A stretch of DNA of 64,000 nucleotides, from positions 325,332 to 389,331 of the IMG/VR virus record IMGVR_UViG_3300021057_000274; one strand, 5' to 3'. The translations under genes were made by a program, and so were the position numbers. Numbering within the stretch: position 1 is the stretch's first letter; each line of letters starts with the position of its first letter. Shown here one piece after another: positions 27,914-37,762 of the stretch. The notes under the pieces are model-generated. The model had not been told where the DNA came from, made no database searches, and saw only the letters and a list, made by a program, of their open reading frames with translations.

Positions 27914-29839
27914 ATGGGCATTCTCGAGTCGTTCTCCAAGGAATATCAAGAGAAGTACGCAGAAAAAGAATCAATCTCGCTCGAGGAATACCTCGAGGTC
28001 TGCAAGACCGATCCGATGTCCTATGCCTCTCCCGCGCAGAGGATGCTCAAGGCGATCGGCGAGGCCGAGATGGTCGACACCCGCTCCGACCCGCGGATGT
28101 CGAAGGTCTTCAGCAACAAGGTCATCAAGATCTATCCGGCCTTTCGTGACTTTTACGGGATGGAGGAGACGATCGAGAACATCGTCTCCTACTTCAAGCA
28201 CTCCGCCCAGGGGCTTGAGGAAGCCAAGCAAGTGCTCTACCTGCTCGGTCCAGTCGGAGGCGGTAAGTCTTCCCTCGCTGAAAAGCTAAAGGAGCTGATG
28301 GAGGTCATTCCGGTCTACGTCTTGGACGGATCCCCGGTCTTTGAAAATCCCCTCGGCCTCTTCGCGCAAAAGGAAGATTACATCCGCGCGCTCGAGCGCG
28401 ACTTCAAGATTCCGCGCACTGCGATCCGCACGATTCCCTCCCCGTGGGCGCTCGAGAAGCTGAAGGAGCACGGCGGTGACATCTCGAAGTTTCGCGTGCG
28501 CAAGATGTATCCGTCGCGTCTTCGTCAGGAGTGCATCTCGCGCGTTGAGGCTGGCGATCGCAACAATCAAGACATCTCGGCCCTGGTGGGGGAGGTCGAC
28601 ATGCGGATGGTCGGGAAGTTAGCCCAGAACCATCCATACGCCTACTCTTACTCTGGCGGACTCTGCCGCGGCAACGGCGGCATCATGGAGTTCATGGAGA
28701 TGTTCAAGGCGGACCTTGAGATTCTCAATCCGATTCTCGCGGCGACTCAGGATCGCTACTACGCTGGCACTAAGCCGATCGGTAGCATCCCCTTCGACGG
28801 CATCATCCTCGCCCACTCGAACGAGTCGGAGTGGAAGGCCTTCAAGGAGGACAAGACCAACGAGGCGTTTCTCGATCGGGTCTACATCGTCAAGGTGCCG
28901 TATTGCAAGCGCCGCACCGAGGAGATCAAGATCTACGAGAAGCTCCTCAACAACTCGGAGCTCTCTCGCGCACCCTGCGCGCCCGGAACTCTTCGCCTCT
29001 TGGCTGAGTTCTGCGTGATGAGTCGCCTGGCCGATCCGGAGAACTCGGCGCTCTACTCGAAGATGCGGGTCTATGACGGCGAGAACATCAAGAACGATGA
29101 CCCGAAGGCGAAGCCTCTTCAAGAATATAAGGATGACGCCGGAGTGAACGAGGGCATGAACGGGCTGTCGACGCGCTTCGCGTTCAAGGTTCTCTCCAAA
29201 GCCTTCAACTACCCGACGGAGGAGGTCGCGGCTGACCCGATTCACCTGATGTACATCCTCAAGCAGAGCATCGCTGAGGAGGAGTTCGAGAACGAGGGTG
29301 AGCTCTTGGAGGTGCTTGACGGCGTCCTTCACGACAAGTACCTCGAGTCGCTCGAGAAGGACATCAGGGCGTCATTTTTGGACAGCTTCCCGGAGCTCTG
29401 CCAGAACGTCTTCGACACGTACTTCTACTACGCCGACGCGTGGGTTCAGGAGCAAGACTACCGCGACCCGTCGACCGGGACGATGATGGACCGCGAGGTG
29501 CTCAACGCTGAGCTGTCGAAGATCGAGAAGCCAGCCGACATCGCGAACCCGAAGGACTTTCGTCAAGACATCACAAACTTCGTGATTCGCTACCGTGCGG
29601 CGAACAAGGGCAAGCTGCCGCGCTGGAACGAGTACGAGAAGATGCGCCAGGTGATCGAGAAGAAGGTCCTCCTCTCGACCGACGAGATCCTGCCGGTCAT
29701 CTCCTTCGGCCCGAAGCGCTCCGACAAGGAGAAGAAGGAGCACGATCAGTTCGTCGGCAAGATGAAGGCCCGCGGTTACACCGAGCGGCAGACGCGCTTC
29801 CTGTGCGACTGGTTCATGCGGAATCGCAAGGCCTCGTGA
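27914..29839 (+). CDS. prkA: PrkA/YeaG family AAA+ serine protein kinase
   Basis: FYGMEE, LLGPVGGGKSSLAE, NNQDISALVG, YSYSGGLCRGN, AHSNESEW, NEAFLDR; 641 aa. Confidence 0.93.
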   Translation: MGILESFSKEYQEKYAEKESISLEEYLEVCKTDPMSYASPAQRMLKAIGEAEMVDTRSDPRMSKVFSNKVIKIYPAFRDFYGMEETIENIVSYFKHSAQGLEEAKQVLYLLGPVGGGKSSLAEKLKELMEVIPVYVLDGSPVFENPLGLFAQKEDYIRALERDFKIPRTAIRTIPSPWALEKLKEHGGDISKFRVRKMYPSRLRQECISRVEAGDRNNQDISALVGEVDMRMVGKLAQNHPYAYSYSGGLCRGNGGIMEFMEMFKADLEILNPILAATQDRYYAGTKPIGSIPFDGIILAHSNESEWKAFKEDKTNEAFLDRVYIVKVPYCKRRTEEIKIYEKLLNNSELSRAPCAPGTLRLLAEFCVMSRLADPENSALYSKMRVYDGENIKNDDPKAKPLQEYKDDAGVNEGMNGLSTRFAFKVLSKAFNYPTEEVAADPIHLMYILKQSIAEEEFENEGELLEVLDGVLHDKYLESLEKDIRASFLDSFPELCQNVFDTYFYYADAWVQEQDYRDPSTGTMMDREVLNAELSKIEKPADIANPKDFRQDITNFVIRYRAANKGKLPRWNEYEKMRQVIEKKVLLSTDEILPVISFGPKRSDKEKKEHDQFVGKMKARGYTERQTRFLCDWFMRNRKAS

Positions 29840-30231
29840 ACGATGAAGCTCTCTCCTCTGAGGTCACTGATCTAGAGGACAGTGACCTCAGAGAATTTGA
29901 GATGCTTCTAGGCTCGAACATCCAACCGTCGCACGTCGACGTCGGCGGCGAGCATCCGGTGCAACTCGGTGAGATCGTTTGCGGCGCGCAAAAACAGAGC
30001 GGGCTCTCTGTCAAGCAGTGGAACGCGCTCCCCTCGGATGAGCGAGAGGCCTACATTCAAGATGAGATCTTCAGGCGAGTCCTCAAGAATTTTCACGATG
30101 CTCTGCAGCTAGATCCGGCACCTCGTGAGGTGTCCCCAGATCTTCTCAAGTTGATCACGATCGAGACCCGCCAAGCTTCACCTCCAGATCTTCACGGAGA
30201 AGCTCTCGAGAAGCTCAAGGCCCAGACGTGA
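29836..30231 (+). CDS. hypothetical protein
   Basis: GTGA overlap with prkA stop. Confidence 0.55.
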   Translation: MNDEALSSEVTDLEDSDLREFEMLLGSNIQPSHVDVGGEHPVQLGEIVCGAQKQSGLSVKQWNALPSDEREAYIQDEIFRRVLKNFHDALQLDPAPREVSPDLLKLITIETRQASPPDLHGEALEKLKAQT

Positions 30232-30235
30232 CGAT

Positions 30236-30264
30236 TTTACTTGAGCTCAGTTTCCTGATAAAAT
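30236..30264 (+). promoter_or_regulatory. sigma70-like early promoter
   Basis: TTTACT-N17-TAAAAT; ATG 6 nt downstream; TTGAGCT/AGCTCAA flanks. Confidence 0.75.
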
Positions 30265-30270
30265 AGCTCA

Positions 30271-30918
30271 ATGAACTTTCGCGTCATCTCTGGCGGACAG
30301 ACCGGCGCGGACCTAGCAGGGCTCTGGGTCGGTAAGCTTCTCGGTCTCGAGACCGGCGGCACTGCCCCGGGAGAGTTCATGACCCTCGACGGCCCCAAGC
30401 CTGAGTTAGGGAGAAACTTTGGCCTGGTTGAGGGACCAGCTGGCTACCGTGATCGAACCCGCACCAACGTTAACGACGCGGACGTCACCCTCATCTTCTC
30501 GAGGAACATGGCGTCGCCCGGCACCGTTCTCACCGTCAATTCAGCCATCAAGGCGCACAAACCTTATTTTGCGATCAAGGATACGAGGTCGCCCGGAGAG
30601 TCGTTGAAGAGCTTCTGGTGCGCCGACAATTGCCCTATCACCGCGCAGGCCGCGGCCCAATTCATCACTAACCTCTGTGACGTCAAGAAGCTGACTAGCG
30701 AGCTAGTGACGATCAACGTCGCTGGCAACGCTACCAAGAACGCGCAAGAAGCTTACGAGTTTGCGTTCATGGGTCTCATTCACGTCTTCATGATGCTCCG
30801 CCATGACTTGATGCCGTGGCGTGTCGGCGAGATCTCGATTTCAGACTGGCTCGTCATCGCTCGGGCGACGAAGGACCAGTACGAGCTCGCCGGGGAAGTC
30901 GCTGAGGTACTAGCATGA
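30271..30918 (+). CDS. SLOG-superfamily protein (putative MoCo-carrier/YpsA-like)
   Basis: ISGGQTGADLAG, RTRTNVNDADVTL, INVAGN. Confidence 0.78.
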   Translation: MNFRVISGGQTGADLAGLWVGKLLGLETGGTAPGEFMTLDGPKPELGRNFGLVEGPAGYRDRTRTNVNDADVTLIFSRNMASPGTVLTVNSAIKAHKPYFAIKDTRSPGESLKSFWCADNCPITAQAAAQFITNLCDVKKLTSELVTINVAGNATKNAQEAYEFAFMGLIHVFMMLRHDLMPWRVGEISISDWLVIARATKDQYELAGEVAEVLA

Positions 30919-31649
30919 ACGAGGAGATGGAAGCTGAGATCCAGGGCTCTCTTACCACCTTCCAGGTGCTGAAGGAGATGCGCACCATGACGCTCGGGCG
31001 TCTTGGAGCCCTCAGGGCGTGTCAGGTAGCCGGGCTCGAGCCGTTCTTTCACTTTTTCGACGAGTACAATCCCTCTCTCCTCGCGCCCTACCATAACGCG
31101 TACCACACGTATTGCCTGGTGCTGAATTGCTTTGAAGGAGCTTTTTACGAGAGGCTCTTCGACGACAATCGACGCATCCTCATCCTCGCGGGGCTCTTTC
31201 ACGACTTTGACCACACCGAGGGCCGCGAGGAGGACAAGGTCAACATCAGAAAGGCGATCTTCGGGTTGTCGACGGCGAAGAAGTACGCGCGAAACAATCA
31301 TTGCTTCATCACCGATGAAGAGTTTGAAGTAGCATGCGAGCTCATTCGGGTGACTAAATACCCGTATGACAGAGAGCCGGAAACTCCTCTAGAGCGCATC
31401 ATCCGCGACGCGGATCTGATGCAACCCTATGAGGAAGATCCGACGGTACTCCGGAAGCAGTTTCTGGGGCTGAAGGCTGAGATCGAGGTGCGGCGTCCCG
31501 TCATGACCAACGAGGAGTTCGGCAACGGCCTCCACGCTTGGTACATCGAGCACGCTCACTTTTACTCCCTCTGGGGTAAAGAGAAACAGCACAAGCTTCA
31601 CTACGGAGTCCGTCTGGACAACTTGAAGGAGCTTTTGGTTAGGGCGTAG
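30915..31649 (+). CDS. HD-domain phosphohydrolase
   Basis: YHNAYH...LFHDFDH...IIRDADL. Confidence 0.82.
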   Translation: MNEEMEAEIQGSLTTFQVLKEMRTMTLGRLGALRACQVAGLEPFFHFFDEYNPSLLAPYHNAYHTYCLVLNCFEGAFYERLFDDNRRILILAGLFHDFDHTEGREEDKVNIRKAIFGLSTAKKYARNNHCFITDEEFEVACELIRVTKYPYDREPETPLERIIRDADLMQPYEEDPTVLRKQFLGLKAEIEVRRPVMTNEEFGNGLHAWYIEHAHFYSLWGKEKQHKLHYGVRLDNLKELLVRA

Positions 31650-31651
31650 AC

Positions 31652-33034
31652 TTGGGCTTGACCATCGTTGATCGGCGGACTGTCACTAGTGACAAGACCA
31701 CCGAAAACCGGGCGCGGTTTCTACGCAGAATCAAGGGCTCCGTCAAGGAGCAAGTTCGGAAGCTGATCGCAAGCAGGTCGATCAAGACGCTTGACGGGGC
31801 TGGAGGCGTCATCAACATTGATCGCAAGTCGATCCATGAACCGACGATTCACCACGCTCCCGGCGGCAACGTCGACTGGGTGCTGCCCGGCAACGTTAAG
31901 TGGGTCGAGGGAGACACCATCCCGAAGGAGGAGATCTACGGCGACGGGGACGGTGACGGAGACGACGATCAGGCGGGTGACGGCGACGAGACGATCGACG
32001 AGAGCCTCGAGGTCGAGCTCACGCGCGAGGAGTTCTTGCAGTACCTCTTCGAGGATCTCGAGCTCCCTGACCTTGACGTCACCGAGGTTTCGAAGCTGAC
32101 TGAGACGATCGTCGAAAACAAGGGCTACTCCAAGGACGGCGCCCCAAATCGGCTGCACCTCTTGAGGTCGTACAAGGAGTCGCTCACTCGGCGTCTCCCC
32201 CTCATCAACTTCATTCAGGACCTCGAAAAGTTCATCGGCGCATTGAAGAGCGCGACAAATCTTGTCGACGTTCCCTCGGAGCTGATCAACGACGCCGAGA
32301 ACTTTGACGTTAAGACGGAGATGCTCGCCGTCGTTGCAGCCACCTCCCTCTCCCGCGAGCTTGAGCTCACGTCAGCGGTCCACGTGCTTCTCACGGCGCG
32401 CGTCCTCGAGGAGCCGATCTTCGACCAGATGGATCTCAGGTACCGCGCCTCACTGAGGCATGACATCCCGATCTCCCACGCGACGATGTTCATGATCATG
32501 GACGTCTCGGGAAGCATGGGTGAGGAGGAGCGCCAGGTTGCTCGCGCCTTCTTCTGGATCCTGTACAACTTCCTCAAGAAGCAATACGGTGAAGATAAGG
32601 TCGTCGACCGCTACATCATTCACACCACCGAGGCTCGTGAGGTCGAGGAGGATGAGTTCTTCGACACTCGCGCGTCAGGCGGCACGACGGTGTCGACCGC
32701 GCTCGACCTGATCTCCGAGATCATCCAGAGCGAGGGGCTTGAGGCCCAGACTAACATCTACATCGCGCAGATCTCGGACGGAGACAACGCCGAGGAGGAC
32801 AACGGTACCTGCACCGAGATTCTCGAGGACGACCTCCTGCCTAAGATCCGTTATTTTGCGTACATCCAGGTCGACGACCACAACTCGGTACCGTCCTCGT
32901 ACACCGACAAGATGTGGCGCTCGTACGAGATCGTGTCACAGAAAAATCCCAAGCTCCAGATGAAGCGCGTGTTTAGCCAGAAGGACATCTGGCACGTGTT
33001 TCGGGAGCTCTTTCAGAAGAGAGGTAGCAAGTGA
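31652..33034 (+). CDS. yeaH: YeaH/YhbH (DUF444) vWA-like protein
   Basis: IVDRR...NRARFLRR, IHEP, PGN...GD.I, LFEDLELP, MDVSGSM, SGGT.VS, QISDGDN. Confidence 0.88.
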   Translation: MGLTIVDRRTVTSDKTTENRARFLRRIKGSVKEQVRKLIASRSIKTLDGAGGVINIDRKSIHEPTIHHAPGGNVDWVLPGNVKWVEGDTIPKEEIYGDGDGDGDDDQAGDGDETIDESLEVELTREEFLQYLFEDLELPDLDVTEVSKLTETIVENKGYSKDGAPNRLHLLRSYKESLTRRLPLINFIQDLEKFIGALKSATNLVDVPSELINDAENFDVKTEMLAVVAATSLSRELELTSAVHVLLTARVLEEPIFDQMDLRYRASLRHDIPISHATMFMIMDVSGSMGEEERQVARAFFWILYNFLKKQYGEDKVVDRYIIHTTEAREVEEDEFFDTRASGGTTVSTALDLISEIIQSEGLEAQTNIYIAQISDGDNAEEDNGTCTEILEDDLLPKIRYFAYIQVDDHNSVPSSYTDKMWRSYEIVSQKNPKLQMKRVFSQKDIWHVFRELFQKRGSK

Positions 33035-33258
33035 GAGTTGAGATCAGATACTTGAAGTTCGTGTCACACGTCAATCGCCCGGTCGCGGTGGGGCAGCTCT
33101 GGTCCGTCGAGCAGAACACCGCAGGCGGCAACCAGGAGCTGATCATGGACGATCGGGTAGCGATCCTCCTCTCGATCATCAAGGAGCGCAACTACGTTCT
33201 GGTGAACTCGCAAGAGATCCTCGACCTGATCGTCAGGGTGAACGGATTCGCGGCGTGA
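33031..33258 (+). CDS. hypothetical protein
   Basis: Coupled GTGA. Confidence 0.55.
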   Translation: MRVEIRYLKFVSHVNRPVAVGQLWSVEQNTAGGNQELIMDDRVAILLSIIKERNYVLVNSQEILDLIVRVNGFAA

Positions 33259-33446
33259 AGCTTAGATTGGTGCGAGAAGAAGGCCCGACCGATGAGCCGT
33301 TCAAGTACCCAGCTTCTAAGATGTACTACTATCTCGAGATCATGAACGGAGATAAGGTGGCGGTGACTTGTGAGCTAGGAGCGGCCCAGTTTCAAAAGTT
33401 GAAGAGGCTAGGAGTCAACGTCGTCAAGGAGATCAAGTTCAGATGA
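33255..33446 (+). CDS. hypothetical protein
   Basis: Coupled on both sides. Confidence 0.55.
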   Translation: MKLRLVREEGPTDEPFKYPASKMYYYLEIMNGDKVAVTCELGAAQFQKLKRLGVNVVKEIKFR

Positions 33447-34972
33447 GCAAGCTTCTCTTCAAGTGTGACGACAACTGGACTGAAGCCATCCTCAAGCGAG
33501 CCTGGGAGGAGATCGAAAGGGTCGCGCGAGAGGAGCTCAAGGCCGACTACTACGAGCCTGAGATCCAGATCGTCAGCGCGAAGCAGATGCTGAACTCTTA
33601 CACGTCGGTCGGCATGCCGATCTACTACAACCACTGGTCGTTCGGCAAGGAGTTCGTCAACAGCGAGAAGGCCTACAAGAAGGGTCACATGAACCTCGCC
33701 TACGAGCTAGTGATCAACTCCGACCCCTGCGTCGCCTACCTGATGGAGGAGAACGACGCCCTGATCCAGACGCTGGTGATGGCGCATGCCTCGGTCGGCC
33801 ACTCCGCGGTCTTCAAGAACAACTTTCTCTTCAAGGACAAGACCGACGCGACGGCGATCGTCGATTACCTCTCGTTCGCGAAGAAGTACGTCAAGATGTG
33901 TGAGGAGAAGTACGGGGCTGCGGAGGTCGAGGTGGTGATCGACGCGTGCCACGCGATCATGCGTTACGGAGTCGACAAGTACAAGAAGCCCCGCAAGCTC
34001 AGTCCCGCGCAAGAGGAGACGCGCGCGCTCCAAAAGTTCGAGCAAGAGCTCCAGGACTACGATCACGTTTGGGAGAAGATCGGCAAGCGTCGCAAGCCAG
34101 AGCAGGCGAAGAGAGACGAGTCCTACATGCTCTCGGATCCGGAGGAAAACCTCCTCTACTTTCTCGAGAAGCAAGCTCCCCATCTCGCTGGCTGGAAGCG
34201 TGAGATCATCAGGATCGTCAGGACGATCGCTCAGTACTTCTCGCCTCAGCGCCCGACCCAAGTTGTCAACGAGGGTTACGCGACCTTCTGCCACTACTAC
34301 ATCATCAATCGACTCCACGACAAGGGACTGATCGACGGTGGCTCGATGATCGAGTTCTTCTCTGTTCACAACAACGTCGTGGCTCAGCGACGCTTGTCGT
34401 GGTTCAACCCGTACAAGCTCGGCTTCTCGATCTTTATGGACATCAAGCGGATGTGCGAAAGCCCGACGGATGAGGATCGCTTGTACTTTCCTGATCTCGT
34501 CGGCCAAAACTGGATCGAGCAGGTCAACTACGCCATGGCTAACTTCAAGGATGAAACCTTCATCCTTCAGTACCTCTCTCCTAAGGTTGCGCGTGACCTA
34601 CGGATGTTCGCTTTCAATGACCCGTCGCTCTACTCCCCCGTCTTGACGGTGACCGAGATCAGCAATGAGCGGAGCTTTCGCGAGCTTCGTGCCAAGCTAG
34701 CTGCTCAATATGCGGTCGAGAACCAAACTCCTGACATCCAGATCACGGGCGTCGACTCGAAGGGGTCACGCAAGCTGCTCCTCGAGCACTTCGTCAAGAG
34801 GAACGCGCGTCCGCTCAATCTTCAAGACGCTAAGAAGGTGGTGAAGTACGTCGCCGATCTCTGGGAGTACTCGGTCAGTCTCAAGACGATCAACTACACC
34901 GATGAGGGTGATCTCGAGACGGTTAACATCTCTGAGCTCGGAAAGTACTCAAGAAGCCTAGCTGGCGCTTAA
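33443..34972 (+). CDS. spoVR: SpoVR/YcgB family protein
   Basis: GMPIYYNHWSFGK, LAYELVINSDPC, MAHASVGH..FKNN, NEGYATFCH, NPYKLG. Confidence 0.92.
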   Translation: MSKLLFKCDDNWTEAILKRAWEEIERVAREELKADYYEPEIQIVSAKQMLNSYTSVGMPIYYNHWSFGKEFVNSEKAYKKGHMNLAYELVINSDPCVAYLMEENDALIQTLVMAHASVGHSAVFKNNFLFKDKTDATAIVDYLSFAKKYVKMCEEKYGAAEVEVVIDACHAIMRYGVDKYKKPRKLSPAQEETRALQKFEQELQDYDHVWEKIGKRRKPEQAKRDESYMLSDPEENLLYFLEKQAPHLAGWKREIIRIVRTIAQYFSPQRPTQVVNEGYATFCHYYIINRLHDKGLIDGGSMIEFFSVHNNVVAQRRLSWFNPYKLGFSIFMDIKRMCESPTDEDRLYFPDLVGQNWIEQVNYAMANFKDETFILQYLSPKVARDLRMFAFNDPSLYSPVLTVTEISNERSFRELRAKLAAQYAVENQTPDIQITGVDSKGSRKLLLEHFVKRNARPLNLQDAKKVVKYVADLWEYSVSLKTINYTDEGDLETVNISELGKYSRSLAGA

Positions 34973-34978
34973 CTTTCA

Positions 34979-35007
34979 TTTACTTTTGCCCCCAGTGATG
35001 ATATAAT
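34979..35007 (+). promoter_or_regulatory. sigma70-like early promoter
   Basis: TTTACT-N17-TATAAT. Confidence 0.85.
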
Positions 35008-35039
35008 TCTCTATCGTCAATTTACCTGGAGGCGGGTAA

Positions 35040-37703
35040 ATGTTGCTTCGCGAGACCAACGACTCACAGTTTGACAGCAATCTCGACGGATCGGCTAGCA
35101 CCACGACGGTAGCCACCGTCGACGTCAGCTCAAAGATCTTCTCGATCCTCTCGGACGGCATCTACAAGGACAAGATCCTCGCCGTTGTCCGTGAGGTCTG
35201 CTGCAACGCCTACGACGCCCACGTCGCGGCTGGCAAGAAGTCCGTTCCGATCCACATCAAGATGCCGACGTGGAACGACCCGTCGTTCGCGGTCGACGAC
35301 GAGGGTACCGGGATCGATCCGTCCCAGATCACCAGCATCTACCTCTCGTACGGCAAGTCGACGAAGACGAGCTCCAACGACCAGATCGGCGCGCTCGGCC
35401 TCGGTTGCAAGTCACCTCTCGCTTACACCAAGAACTCGTTCATCATCAAGAATCGCTGGAACGGGACAGAATACACCTACTTCATTTACCTCAACGAACG
35501 CGGCATCCCGGCGATGTCGAAGACGAGCGAGATGCCCGTCTCCGAGGCGAACCGCCTCCGTGACGAGAAGGGGCAGCGTGCGGTCAAGGACTTCGGCCTG
35601 ACGGTCGAGTTCGCGGTGCGCAAGGATGACACCCACGTCTTCCGCAGTCGGGTTCAGCGCTTCTTCCGCTACTGGGGCGGAGCGCTCCCAGAGGTTTCGG
35701 GCGTCAACGACGACCTCTTCTCCTCGACCAAGGTCAAGAAGGTTCTCAACGGGAGCGACTGGTTTCTCGAGGCTAAAGAGGACGACGACCGCGACTTCCG
35801 CGGCGCCGTCGCGATCCAGGGCAACGTGCCCTACCCGATCGAGTTCGACTCCCTGCCGAAGCTCCCGAAGGAGCTGCAGGTCATCGTTCGCAATCCGTTC
35901 GTCATCGTCTACGACATGGGCTCCCTCGCGTTTCAAGCCTCCCGCGAAGCCCTCTCGTACGATGACATCACGGTCAAGAACCTGGTCGAGCGCTTCGAGG
36001 ACGTCAAGGCGGACCTCGTCAAGACGTTCAACGCGACGGTCTTCAAGAAGGGGCGTTCGCACCTCCAGTTCATCCACGACCTGGTCGAGAAGTTCCGCAC
36101 CTTCCAGAAGAGCGTGTCGCACATCACGACGAATTCGACCGACGTTGACGACCAGTACTGCCAGTTCCTCTTCGGGCAGCCCCTCGAGACGGCGACGGTC
36201 AAGTACGACGGCGCGACCTTCTCGATCAAGGATCTCCTGCAGGGTAAGATCGTTACCCGGCACACGACCGGGCACCAGAACTTCACGCTGATGTGTCTCG
36301 AGCCGAAGGGCCGCAGCGGTCGCCGCACTGTGCTGACGCACAAGACGACGGTCAACTACGTGCTAAACAAGGAGATGCGCGAAGAGGAGCTCTTTCCGGA
36401 GACTGACCATCGCGTCATCCCGACGAAGGACAAGAAGATCGCTAAGGGACAGTGCTTCTCGATGCCGTGGCGCACCGACCGTGTCAACAAGAAGGACGAC
36501 TCCGACTTCGCGAACGTCATCCGACACGCAAAGAACTTCAGCATCACGACCGTCAATCGCATCCCGGTGCAAGGGCGCTTCGGCGTCGCGAAGGTCAAGA
36601 TCGTCCTGAACGACTGTGTCAGCACCGGCGACGCTCGAATGAAGGCCCTTCTCACCCACATCGAGTACGCGAGCAAGGCCGTGTCGCCGCACTTCATCTA
36701 CGTCACCTTCGACCCAAAGGTGACTGACGTCGCCGAGGTCAAGAAGCAGATCGAGGTGCTGATCCAGACTGGCTTGAAGGGCGCCGAGATCGAGCTGCTC
36801 TCGTCATACCCCGACCATCGCGCGATCGTCGATCGCGAGGCGAAGGAGCGTGGGAAGTTCAAGCTATCGACCCGCGAGATCGCTATCTCGAGAGAGTCAA
36901 CGACGATCTCCCTCGGCTACAACCAGTCGGCCGATCTCAACGACGTCACCTTTACTGACAAGCAAGAGGTCTTTTCCCTCGACGCCATGCAGGCGATGCC
37001 GATGGTCGTCTATTGCTACAAGGGGCGCGGTGCTGGCCAGTTCTTCGATCGGAGCGTTAACCCGGACGATCGTACTCTCTCACTGGCGAACAACAGCGAC
37101 GCTCTCAGCCTCGCCCATCATCTCGGCGTGCTGACCAGGGTCTTTGACGAGGCGAAGAGCTGCAAGGTCTTTACTCTCGCTGAGAGCCAGAAGAACTGGT
37201 TGGGGGCTCGGGGCGTCAACCTCGTTCCGTTCGAGGACCTGATGATCAAGTACACCGCTGAGATGAGCAAAGCGGCTGGGGACTACCGGAATCGAATCGC
37301 GAAGACGATCTGTATCCGAAACATCGGCCAGATCAACAGCTTCTATAGCAACTACGAGCGACTGTGCGCCAAGAACAAAACGCGCTTCGAGGGCTGGGCG
37401 AACCCGAGCCCTTTCATCGACACGGTTCTCACGATCATGAACCAGTCGAACGACAAGCGCGACTTCATGGTCGAGGCCCTCAACCAACGCCTCAACGGAA
37501 GCTCGATCCAGATCAGCGCCAGAGAGACGGCTGCGATCACGAAGGTGATCGAGAGCCGATACCCGCTGCTTCATCGCGTTTACCTGTCGACGCACGACAA
37601 GTCGATCTTCGAGGCGATCCTCGATTACATTGATCTGGTAGATCAGCGCGCGGCGAGCGCTCCAGCGGCGCAAGTTGGCTCAGACGACACGGCGAGCGCT
37701 TAG
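35040..37703 (+). CDS. rIIA: rIIA-like protein (N-terminal GHKL/HSP90-like ATPase)
   Basis: KIFSILSDGIYKDKILAVVREVCCNAYDAH, D.GTG, YGKSTK..SN..IGALGLGCKSP; directly upstream of rIIB-like gene. Confidence 0.8.
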   Translation: MLLRETNDSQFDSNLDGSASTTTVATVDVSSKIFSILSDGIYKDKILAVVREVCCNAYDAHVAAGKKSVPIHIKMPTWNDPSFAVDDEGTGIDPSQITSIYLSYGKSTKTSSNDQIGALGLGCKSPLAYTKNSFIIKNRWNGTEYTYFIYLNERGIPAMSKTSEMPVSEANRLRDEKGQRAVKDFGLTVEFAVRKDDTHVFRSRVQRFFRYWGGALPEVSGVNDDLFSSTKVKKVLNGSDWFLEAKEDDDRDFRGAVAIQGNVPYPIEFDSLPKLPKELQVIVRNPFVIVYDMGSLAFQASREALSYDDITVKNLVERFEDVKADLVKTFNATVFKKGRSHLQFIHDLVEKFRTFQKSVSHITTNSTDVDDQYCQFLFGQPLETATVKYDGATFSIKDLLQGKIVTRHTTGHQNFTLMCLEPKGRSGRRTVLTHKTTVNYVLNKEMREEELFPETDHRVIPTKDKKIAKGQCFSMPWRTDRVNKKDDSDFANVIRHAKNFSITTVNRIPVQGRFGVAKVKIVLNDCVSTGDARMKALLTHIEYASKAVSPHFIYVTFDPKVTDVAEVKKQIEVLIQTGLKGAEIELLSSYPDHRAIVDREAKERGKFKLSTREIAISRESTTISLGYNQSADLNDVTFTDKQEVFSLDAMQAMPMVVYCYKGRGAGQFFDRSVNPDDRTLSLANNSDALSLAHHLGVLTRVFDEAKSCKVFTLAESQKNWLGARGVNLVPFEDLMIKYTAEMSKAAGDYRNRIAKTICIRNIGQINSFYSNYERLCAKNKTRFEGWANPSPFIDTVLTIMNQSNDKRDFMVEALNQRLNGSSIQISARETAAITKVIESRYPLLHRVYLSTHDKSIFEAILDYIDLVDQRAASAPAAQVGSDDTASA

Positions 37704-37708
37704 AGTTG

Positions 37709-37737
37709 TTTACTTTGAGGCGTTCCTAAGTTATAAT
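37709..37737 (+). promoter_or_regulatory. sigma70-like early promoter
   Basis: TTTACT-N17-TATAAT. Confidence 0.85.
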
Positions 37738-37762
37738 CGCACCATCAAATGGAGGCTACCAC

